From Felis catus (taxonomy: Eukaryota): DNA of 64,000 nucleotides. Below the pieces are notes generated by a model. That model saw only the letters and a list, made by a program, of their open reading frames with translations. It was not told the DNA's origin and ran no database searches. Where the stretch lies: the NCBI RefSeq assembly GCF_018350175.1, contig NC_058368.1, positions 75,332,001-75,396,000 of the forward strand, given 5' to 3'. Every line of letters begins with the position of its first letter. The first letter of the stretch is position 1. Both the position numbers and the translations under genes were made by a program. Shown here in pieces: positions 41,065-51,129 of the stretch.

Positions 41065-41504
41065 TTTCAATATCTGAATTTCAAAGAAGTAAAGAGTTAC
41101 ATCTATTAATGCCAACAAAAATAAGTGCAATGAAGGGAAGAAAAGGTTTCTCTTCATAAGGCAGAGCAGTCTGGATTATTGTGCCAGCCTTTACCAGGTC
41201 AGAGAGTTAGCCCTTAATCCAGGTGACAAATGAGAACAGGAGACAGGGAGAAAGAAAGAGGAGAGGTGAGAGAGACAGAGAGAGACAGAGACAGAAAGAG
41301 AGAACCATACCTTCTATCTTTGGTGGCTATCCAGACACTTTCCTGTCATGAACCTGTAGATGGAAGGCAAAAGAAACCATATATATTAGTATTAACTTCA
41401 AAATTAGCAGGAAGTCAAAGTACTGAGCATTTGGAAGAGCAACTCTCCTTAACCAGTGCTCTCTTCTTTGGATTGAAGGAAACAAGCTCTTAATGTAAAA
41501 AGAA

Positions 41505-41648
41505 TGGGAAGGAAAGGAAGAAAAGCAAAGGAAAGGAAAGGAAAAGAAAGAAAAAAATAGAAAAGAAAAGAAAAAAGAAAAGGAAAGGAACAAAAAGAAA
41601 AGGAAAGGAATGAAAAGAAAAGAAGAAAAGAAAAAAAAGAAAAAAAAA
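41505..41648. repeat. GA-rich polypurine low-complexity tract
   Basis: Mixed GGAAA/GAAAA units; source of the Phe/Ser-rich 121-aa ORF. Confidence 0.92.
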
Positions 41649-42107
41649 CAAGTATTTACCATCTTCCTTCTAGAAGAAAACAAAATGTACATACTTGTCT
41701 ACCAAATAACTTTGAAACAGTGATGGCATATATTATCACTATATTTTGGGTGAAAGCTTCATTTTAAGAAGTTATGTAACTTACTGATTCTTCCAGCATT
41801 AAGTGGAGGCTCAAACGTCCATCTTCAAATTCAGGCCATTCCGTAAATACTGTTGGATTCTATTGATTCCTTGGAGTTCAGATTTTATTGTGAATAAAAT
41901 AAGGGAATAGTCTTCACTTAGTCCTTGGATTGTGACCAAGCTCTGAATACTTAGAGCTTAAAAATGAAAACACATGACAAATGACTGTTCAAAAATATGG
42001 GAAAATGTCTAGGAGAAGTTTTTTCTCCTTTATTTCTCCTTTATTTACATTGTGGTTTATTTCAATCTCCAGTACACTACCATACATTATGTAACATTGA
42101 AATTCCT

Positions 42108-42347
42108 ATGCGAAGGTTGAGTTTAATTTATATATATATACATCATATAGATATATGTATATACATGTCTATATATATATACATCATATAGATATATGTA
42201 TATACATATACATATACATATATCTATATGATGTATATATATATAGACATGTATATACATATACATGTATAGACATGTATATACATGCATATACATATAC
42301 ATATATGTATATGATGTATATATATAAATTAAACTCACCCTTTGCAT
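42108..42347. repeat. Nested AT-rich inverted repeat (imperfect palindrome)
   Basis: Outer arms 42108-42149 and 42308-42347 are reverse complements including non-microsatellite sequence; inner arms ~42160-42203 and ~42212-42257. Confidence 0.9.
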
Positions 42348-42576
42348 GTATATGTATATATATGTATTAATAATACTATATTATTGTATTTGTATTTACT
42401 AATGCAATATTGTACCGTATTGTATATATATTGTGTATTGTATTCTATTTGTATTTATTTTTATATTTCTGTAAGTATAATGAGAACATGATAGACAGAT
42501 AGGTAGAATTATATAAAGTCTATAACTTACAGCAGGTCTTTAGATAAGGGAAGTTCTTATTAACATAGAAGCTATT

Positions 42577-42802
42577 GGGGCGCCTGGGTGGCGCAGTCGG
42601 TTAAGTGTCCGACTTCATCCAGGTCACGATCTCGCGGTCCGTGAGTTCGAGCCCCGCGTCGGGCTCTGGGCTGATGGCTCAGAGCCTGGAGCTTGTTTCC
42701 GATTCTGTGTCTCCCTCTCTCTCTGCCCCTCCCCCGTTCATGCTCTGTCTCTCTCTGTCCCAAAAATAAATAAACGTTGAAAAAAAAATTAAAAAAAAAA
42801 AC
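42577..42802 (+). mobile_element. Young felid Can-SINE
   Basis: TSD AACATAGAAGCTAT at 42562-42575 and 42803-42816. Confidence 0.97.
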
Positions 42803-43260
42803 AACATAGAAGCTATGTCTGTCGGTTACATTTGACTTTTCCTAAATATTCTTTGGAAAAAAACATTAGTGATCAGTTTTGCTTCTTGGGAGAGAGAATT
42901 TCATCTACTGTGACTATTAGGAAAGGCTCATCAAACATAACTGTCACTATGCTTCTACTTTAACTTACTGTTACTATGGACTTAAAAATAAAGACTTAAG
43001 TTTATGACATAATTAGTACAATTTTTCAATGTTGACAGTTTGTCTGTATCTCTCTTTGCATTGATTAGATCTTATAATGGCAGTTGAAATGCCATAAATA
43101 CAATGTTACACTAGAAAGAGTGAATATATTGAAAGAGATTGGGATGCTTAAGTTATCTATTTGACACTAATTACCTACATATTTAGAACTGTTCAAAAAC
43201 CTTTCTAATGTGATACTTACGTACAAACTTTCTAATACATGGTTCTAATTGATTAACACC

Positions 43261-43598
43261 ATTTAAAAAATATTTTTTAATGTTGATTTATTTTTGAGAG
43301 AGAGAGAGAGACAGAGTTTGGGTGATAGAGCTATGCCTGTTGATGCTACTTAATGTCTCTTGATATCACTGAATCTTTTTTTTTAAACTTTTTAACGCTT
43401 ATTCATTTTTGACAGACAGTGAGAACAGAGCATGAGTGGGGGAGGGGCAGAGAGAAAGAGGGAGACATAGACTCTGAAGCAGGCTCCAGGCTCTGAGCTG
43501 TGAGCACCGAGCCCCATGCGGGGCTCAAACCCATGAACCATGAGACCACGACCTGAGCCAAAGTTGGACACTTAACCGGCTGAGCCCCCTGGGTGCCC
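43261..43598 (-). mobile_element. Composite Can-SINE: full copy, ~50 bp non-SINE spacer, second SINE 3' end
   Basis: Tail fragment 43261-43324, spacer ~43325-43375, full SINE 43376-43598; TAATTG(A/G)TTAA flanks the whole unit. Confidence 0.85.
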
Positions 43599-43689
43599 TA
43601 ATTGGTTAAATATTATTAAACACGTGAGCACATCATTGGCACTTGTTGGGGATGAAGTATTTCCTTTCCTTCCTTATGAGGTTTTCCTT

Positions 43690-44150
43690 AGATGCAGGAA
43701 AGATTAGGGAACAGTTCAAGAGGCATTCCTAAACCCTCTCCCCAGATTCAATATTTGTTAATATCTCTTCTTTCTGTCTGTATGTCTCTCCCTTCCCCGC
43801 TTCCTAGAGACTTATAGTGTCACCAGAAATAGGCTTGGGTAGGGCAGTTGGTACTCTCTGAGACACAGGAGATGGACTGTGAGGGTGAATAGATAGAAAA
43901 ATACCCCAGCTTCACTGTCCCTTGGAGGGAAATTCAGAGCCATATTTAACATGGTTTCTCAGGACTTCCCCAATAGGACTATTCCTTTGTTGCCCGCAGG
44001 AATACATTTAGAATTAACATAAATTCTATTGGCCTTTCTCCATTTCCTCTGTTTCTTGTTTGTGCTTCTTGTTATCACCTTCTATAGAAACTAGAGGCAC
44101 ACAAATTTTCTTTCAAATTCTGCTTTTGGAAACGCTTCAAAATAAGCCAG
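43690..44150 (+). mobile_element. LTR16-like ERV-L solo LTR
   Basis: AATACCCCAGCTTCACTGTCCCTTGGAGGGA...GTTGCCCGCAGG...TATTGGCCTTTCTCCATTTCC...CTGCTTTTGG...AATAAGCCA. Confidence 0.75.
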
Positions 44151-44879
44151 TTGAATTGTTACTGCGTTGTGTCATTTCACTTAATTTTTATTCCTTTTAT
44201 TTTTTACAAACAGGAAGTCAGACCCCAAGGCCAGCTGAAAGTCATGTTGAATACTTTGGTTAAAAAAGGGGAATTTCATACCGCACCATATCAGGGGACC
44301 CATAATATCAGATTTCCCAATACCCGTTAGGCAAAATTTGATTCCTTGGTTACTGGATACAATTCTGTAAAAAAATTAAATCACTCTATGTCTACATGTT
44401 AAAGAAATTAATAGGAAACAGGCATTTGGTGGTTCTTCATCATCTTGTGGTAATTATTTGTTTACATGCAAGTTTTCTAAGGGAGATATATTGGGTGTCA
44501 GTGCCACAAACCTGACAAGATTTACTGAATCAAAGGGAGTCTAATTAAGGTTGCTCTTGGCGAGGGGGAAAAAGGTAATTCTATTTTTACCTTTGAAACT
44601 GAAAGAGAAGAATAGGAAGTAAAAATCTGAAAGGAATTAGTATGGAATTAGTAAGACTGTGGTATTGGTAACGTAACTTTAGTGGAGATTTAGTAACAGC
44701 AGTAAAAATAGAGCTTTCGAAATTCTGTATCGTGTGTGTGTGTGGATGTCAAAGATAATGCTATTTGGGTAAGATGCTTTTTTTTTTTTTCCTATTTTTA
44801 CATTTTTCCAGGGCTCCTGGGACGATTGCATTCACCAGGCTCCCTTGTGAACCAACGGGGCTAAACGGCTGTCCTGACA

Positions 44880-45170
44880 AAGGAAGGGAGGTTTGTCAGT
44901 TACTGGGTCGGTCCTTCACACCTCTATTTATGGGCTCACACACTCTCTCTCTTTTCTGCTGGGCTTCACATAGAGAATCCAGAGGAAAACTCCAAAGTGC
45001 TGAAATCTGTGCAGTTACTAGACTGAAGGAGTCCCAATACCTGCCAGAGCTCCTTCCCATGACACCACTGATCCTTATCAGAGTTAAAAGCAAATTAAGA
45101 GCACACTGCGTTTGTCAACTCACTGAGATTTTGAGATTATTCTTATAGAAGTTAGCATTCCCTGCCCAAT
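44880..45170 (+). mobile_element. Old MaLR LTR fragment (MLT1H/I/J-like)
   Basis: TAGACTGAAGGAGTCCCAATACCTG...CACTGAGATTTTGAGATTATTCTTATAGAAGTTAGC. Confidence 0.6.
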
Positions 45171-46339
45171 TTGAAGGCGGGGGCATAGGGAGAAGAAAAA
45201 TGTGTGACAGAGGTGATTTTATGGAAGATAACTTTCTAGTTGGAAGAGGGCCTTAAACAAAAACAAATATCCATCCATTCCAAGAAAAACACTCCGTGCT
45301 CCACAGATTCTAACACAGAATTTGACTTATCGAACCATTTATATCAGAGCAAGGTTGCGTTCTAAAGTGAATAATGGACAACCAGATTGACATTTATACC
45401 CACAAATACTATTTCACACTCAGGGACTTTTGAGAATGGCTTTGAAGTAGCCAATGCCTGGAGGCCATTCCAAAGTATAGAACATACCATTTGTCCACTG
45501 GTTACTCTCATTGATCAGTGTTATTGACCTGTCATTGTATCTCTATCATCATAATCAATCATTTTCCTGGAAATTGCTGCGATCAGACTTATAAGAAATA
45601 AATCAATTTTACGCTGAAATATCCAATTAGAAGATGTTTCGGAGACCCGAAGTCATCTATAGAGGCACAGACACTGATGTCTATTTCGATGTATCTATTT
45701 CTATCTATATACTTCAAACTCGCTGTATTTGGAATGTTGGTACACTGCTCCCAAAATAAATATCTTGTCACTTGTCACCGATTTTTATGTTATAGGGTAC
45801 AAAAAAGATCATTAATCTGAATCAGGTTAACTGAGCCATGAAATAAGACTGGCATTAGGTTTTAAAAGAGTGAACTCAGAATTCCCTCAGAGGCTCACTG
45901 TTTCAGATCTGAAGAAGAAATTTAAATGATTCAAGGAAGGGCTTAAAAATAACTATAATTAAGAGTTTATAAACTAACCACACTGACTTACAGTTTTATA
46001 TCTGTAATACATTTTTATTCTCAGTAGTACTGAGTTGTTTCCCAAATCTGAATGTGATTATACATATTCTTTGTCATCACCTAGTAACCTTTCATGTGCT
46101 GTCTCTAAACATTCAAAATCAGATCTACCTATCTAAGATGACACTGTTTATTAAATCACTCTCAAGTTAGTGTCATTACTAGAGTTAGAATATTTAAATA
46201 CTATGATTTATAAAAAAAAAAAGAAAGAAGAAAAAAACAACAAGAAAACAAGAAACCTCTCGTATTAGAGAGTGCCATTTACACAGCAAATATATTCAAG
46301 AAATAATTGATTACCATTACTTATAGTGTTCTTCTATAA

Positions 46340-47420
46340 TGCGTTCCGTTTGTGCCAGATGTTTAGAGTTTTAATTCAGATCACTTAGAAAAGTTTTGAT
46401 TGCGTGGCACGTATCCTAGATTTCGTACTAAGAGATCCTGAGTAATTTCGATTGTTGTTGGTTGCACAGTGTTACACGTGATTTAAAAGGGTTTGTTGAT
46501 TCTTCCCCGGAGGTAACTGGTCGTGGTTTAGACCTTCCCCTTAATAACAGCCCAAGCGATGGGGGAAGTCATTTGGGTGGAATCCAGCTGGAAATAGTTG
46601 GAGAGCGTGGCACAGAGAAGGGTGTCTGTGTCCTTGTTGTTCTGGTTAATCACAGAACGGTGCTAGTCGACAAACAGGGGTGGAAAGGCAGACCCGGAAC
46701 ACTTGAGAGCGGAGAAACCGTCCCTTCGCTGTCCACGGCACACGCAGAAAGCGGAGCCCAGGACCCCCGTGGACAGGAGCAAGAATTTGGTGCAATTATA
46801 GAGGTCGTTCCCAAGACAGTAGGGAGGCATTCCACGAAGTTCAGAGTCAAGGGACAATTCATGAAGCCCGCCTACATCTGACCCAGCCCTCTAGGAGGGC
46901 CCACCAGCGCCTGCTGTCCTGGCCTTGATTTGCAGCTTCCTGCCACCCATGGTGCGGAGGAGAGAGGCCGAGCATGTGGCCTGTGGGAGATGGTGGGATA
47001 AAGCCGCAGGAGGAGGGGAGAAGCAGGAGCCAGCAGGCTTCCACGAGGTGAGCCATTTCCTTTATCCTGTAATCAGGGGGTGAAATCTGCCATACCAAAG
47101 CGGCTTAGGCTGTGAGAAACTAATGACAAGGGGTGGCAAAGAATTTCTCATCTGGTATAATTATATTTTCTCAGAAAAGAAATCGATGGCAAGCAGATAC
47201 AAACAACTGGTTTCATTATTAAAAGTCTGTCTATGGGCCAGATACAATCATTTTCTTTAAGTGGCAGAGAAGATTGTCATTTCCTGTAAGAGAGCCTCGC
47301 AGATGGGTTACAAAAAAAAACCGATCAGTCTGAAAAAATTCACATGTCCTTCCCACATTTATCAATGTCACACCCGGAGCCTTTCTTAGCCTTTTCCCAC
47401 ACTCATCAATGCCATAATGA
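46340..47420. promoter_or_regulatory. Candidate regulatory region: unique CpG-retaining block plus adjacent motif cluster
   Basis: About 30 CpG counted in 46340-47105 in non-SINE DNA; three YGTGRGAA-type sites in 47111-47401; motif evidence only. Confidence 0.4.
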
Positions 47421-47699
47421 TACTGAAATGAATTAGCGTAGCCTTAAGATATTGGGTACTGAGTCAACAACTCATATTCTATTTTGTTCTTAATGATGCC
47501 AGTTAGTTTCTTTTCCAGGGCCTTTTATTCCAGACATATCAGCATTCCTTTATTTATTTATTTTTTAATTTTATAGACCACGCCCAATGATTGCCCTCCA
47601 GTAAAATTTGTTTCTCAGAAAAATCTCAATTTTAGAGAAGGATATAAAGAAGACCTTTCTGTCTTCATTGCTTATTAAAAGAAACTTGCAGCTAAATGG

Positions 47700-47860
47700 G
47701 GAGTAGGAAAGTCTATATGGAGGGCTTTGTTTCACCTGTGGTAACCCTCTGTGTGACCTCAGACAAGTCGTTCAATCCAAAGACCTTCGGTTTTTAAGGT
47801 GCGGGGTTTAACATAGAGACTCCTGCAGTTCCTCGCCTTTGCAAAATTCCAGGATAAGGT
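47700..47860 (+). mobile_element. MIR3/MIRc-like remnant
   Basis: CTGTGTGACCTCAGACAAGTCGTTCAATCC...CTTCGGTTT. Confidence 0.6.
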
Positions 47861-48859
47861 GACCCAAACTAATTTATTAAATAGGCAGGTAAACATAAGG
47901 AAAAATAATCACTTGACACTAACGTTCGGTTCCTCTCATCAGATAATTGGCCATACTTTATAAATTCTCAATAACAAGAGCGTGAGCAAGGAGTTATGCT
48001 TGAATAAATTAAACTCGCATCTTTGAGTAAGGTTTTAAACGTTATCCGGGATTAGTTTTGGGAGTCAGCTAATTTAGGGAAGTTTTAACAGTCTCTATAA
48101 TATAGCACTGGCATATTATTAAAATGGAAGCACAAATGATAACATTTACTAGCACTGGCTCTTTGCTAATTATCTAAGATGTCATATCCATATAAGTTTT
48201 TACTTACCTGTTTACTTTGACCTTAATTGATGGGGGTGGGGGGACACCAAGGGGAGAGATTTTCAGTCAAAATATTGAAACAAACAGCCCTGAAATGTCC
48301 CTAAGCTTTTCAAAGTCCACGAATCCTCTAAAAATACTTAGTTCGCTTAGAAATAAGTATTTCAGTAATTTTTATGTGTGATGGTGAAGATATTTTACCA
48401 GCAACAAAAGAGAAGTTTTCTGGGATGTTGAATTGGACAACCCCTATCAAGGAACTTGGAACGTTCTTCGCCCATTTACTCAATCTCTATACTTCTATAT
48501 CTTAGCAATTTACTGTTGCTGATTTTATTTCCCTATTTGTAAGTGGATCCAATCTTGCAGGTAGGTCCATGCTATTTGCTTTCATTGGCTCTTCACACGG
48601 GCAGGGTAATGTTCTCCATCAACACTAACAGCCTCCCACCCCCCTCTCTTCCACATTGGAAGGACCCCACCCCCTACTTCCTTCTCCAGCCTCAACAGCT
48701 TTTATGCTGAATTTTCACTAATGCAAACTAAGATGAAGGCTTGAGGGATTAAAAAAATTAAATATGTTTCTTCATCCAAGTTTCAAAACTTCTGAAAAGA
48801 AAAGGAAGAAAAAGGAAGAACATCATTGTTAAATGTGAACGACATAACAATGGAGGAGA

Positions 48860-49205
48860 ACGGGCTACAGTGCTAATCACTGGGACCGTACATGAAATTC
48901 CATCTGTGACAGTGTTACATTTTCCCATCTACTTGAACTCGGGCCTGGCCATGCCCTTTGCTTTGGTTTTCTTGCCCGTTTCACCATTGCATATTCCGGG
49001 TGCGATCAACAAATGATGTGTGCATTCCACACGTCTCTGGATTGAGAGTCGTGCCTGAAAGGACACATCCAGATGTGGTATAGATTACGACGACCTGGAT
49101 TCTGTGCCTGGAGTTGTGATTGGGTGAGATTCTGAAGGTTCCTGGGATGAGCACTGACTCATGGAGGGGACGTGAGTAGTTATAGCCAGAGGGTGAACTG
49201 AGGCA
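48860..49205 (+). mobile_element. MaLR (MLT1) LTR and internal 3' fragments
   Basis: TTTTCCCATCTACTTGAACTCGGGCCTGGCCATG...TTGCTTTGG; GAGGGGACGTGAGTAGTTATAGCCAGAGGGTGAACTG (polypurine tract/LTR junction-like). Confidence 0.5.
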
Positions 49206-49214
49206 TTGATGGCA

Positions 49215-50830
49215 TTAATGATGCAAGATCTTGCTGAGTTGTATTGTCAGAACTTTGAGTAAAAGACATTTAGTAGCAGATACAATAGGCCAAATATATG
49301 AGATATTTGTGTACTTACCCTGGATTCGGGGATTAATACGTTGTGTCCAGTACCGGAGAGCCCAATGGGTTGCTGAACCAAAGCCTGAACTGCATGGTTT
49401 CCAAAAGACAGTGAGTTTGAAATACCACAACTCTCCTGGATCACTGAGGAGGTGGGTAGGGTCTAAAGACTCAGGAAATGGGATGTGGGATCGAGTAAAT
49501 GTTGTGGGACCAACCCAGCCCCTCAGTAGCCACACTCTCCTTTGTGATGGCTGCCCTTTTGCAGGCAGCAAAAGGTGGGAGAGGCACTGTGGAATTTGGT
49601 TCCCTGATTTCAGTGGACACAGAGTAAAAAAAGTCAAGTGCCTCAACTATGTCATCATGCCTTGCAGGGATAGCATAGCTGAGGGCCTTCAGTGGGGAAA
49701 GTAATGGAGACGGAGAGATTAAAAAAAAAAAAAATGTGTTGCAAATCTTAGTGATCACTGGTGGTGTTGAATTGATCCTTGGATGTAGGAATTTACACAC
49801 GAGCAACTGACTAAGGTAACATTTGCCTATACAAGCAGAAAATTCCCATGCCTTGCTGGGAGAAGCCCAAACGGAGAATCTGCTGCAGGAAGGCATGGCT
49901 TCTTACCTAAGTCTTGGAAAAGGTCTGGTTATACACTGGGAGCTCCTGGACCGAAGGGGAGCCTAAGTTCTTTTGAGAAAAAAAAAATAAAATAAAATAA
50001 AGTAAATTCCTGCAACAGAGCCGTGCCTGTGTACTCGGAATCTTCCTCTGAGCAAATTTTGAGGATCCTGTGGCCATTTCTGAAGGTGCCAATTGTCTAG
50101 TCGGGTAAATCGACCCTCCGGAGATTATCACGTGTTGAATTTGAACTGACATTAATACCTAAAGGCAAAAGCCTTCATCATTGGAGTCAAAGTGGTCACT
50201 CTGTGGCTTGTAGAAGGAGTCTTGGCTTGCTTCCATTCTATAGTTATGTGCTTAGTCTCAGTATATGTAAAGGAAATAAATATTTCTAATCACCCAAATG
50301 GTTGCTTGGCCGTGGAGTGGGGTTGCAATAATGGCCCCCTAATCCCCCACTAAGATAATAAACCAAAAGCAATGTGGCATTCCTGAGCACTTGCAAAGAC
50401 TTGCAAGATTGAAGGCCAGGGATTCCCACTGTAGCGCCATTTTACTATCTCCTTTGGCCAATCCAAAAGACATTTCTCTCACCCTGACTTTGGATTTTGG
50501 GAAGCCTTAAACAGGTGCTGAGCAATCACAGCTGTTATTTTGATGTTGTATCTTTGCACTGCTTGCTAGAACTCCATATGCATTTCTTGACCTAACAAAT
50601 CTGTTTGCAGCAGAATTCACACAGAAGCAATTTGCTTCTCTCTTATAGGGTGGCGGTACCTCTTCGGTATTTTATTGTCGTGCTATTTCAGTTCTTTTGT
50701 TCGCTCTCATAACGCCAGCTTGAGGAACTGTTTTCATTCTGAACCAAACATTACAACAGTCCACTGATCATGTTATGTTTATTGGAATAGCAGGAAGGAA
50801 GGAGCGAGCAACTTAATCCCTTATTTGATC
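49215..50830 (+). mobile_element. ERV-L internal remnant: gag, protease, N-terminal RT; defective
   Basis: Peptides DSEFEIPQLSWITEE...RLR (gag), ELTLIP at 50143-50160 (protease), KIINQKQCGIP, KDLQD*RPGIPTVAPFYYLLWPIQKT, YAFLDLTNLF, QKQFA, NITTVH/DHVMFIG (RT), collinear with ERV-L gag-pol. Confidence 0.88.
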
Positions 50831-50899
50831 TCAAATGTAACTGAAAGTTATGTTTAACCTTTAACTAGACTGTAACTAGAAGTATTGGTATAAACTCAT

Positions 50900-51015
50900 G
50901 AGATTATATCTATATCTATACAATCTATATCATCTATATCTGTAAATCTATATCTATATCTTTAAATCTCTATCTCTATCTCTCTATGTCATCTATATCT
51001 ATATCTATCTATATT
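50900..51015. repeat. (TATATC/TCTA)n low-complexity tract
   Basis: Degenerate tandem units. Confidence 0.85.
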
Positions 51016-51129
51016 AAATATCCTCTGAATAGGTGTACAATGATCCATTATCAATGAGTACAGTCAGTGCCCAAATCTTCATGTCCTACAACCAATGGCT
51101 CTTAAATGCAATCAGAGAGTTGCATGGAG

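Noticed and set aside
46500..46860. Resemblance of the minus-frame peptide (NYFQLDSTQMTSPIAWAVIKGKV) to the L1/Tx1 endonuclease linker
   Set aside because: Catalytic RID and SDH motifs are absent and the composition is unlike A-rich L1. It also shows how easily by-eye matches arise, hence the caution on the parvovirus idea.
46462..46881. 139-aa plus-strand ORF as a CDS
   Set aside because: Starts at TTG, has no recognisable domain, and has antisense-shadow composition; kept only as part of the periodicity finding
47341..47357. PTF1 composite site (E-box plus TC-box)
   Set aside because: CACATG is not the preferred E-box, and the spacing to TTCCCA is shorter than the one-helical-turn arrangement
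49231..49704. Longest ORF (157 aa) and overlapping 143/141-aa antisense ORFs as a gene
   Set aside because: They lie in the ERV-L gag remnant. The gag-like residues are in other, stop-containing frames, and the 157-aa ORF lacks an ATG start.
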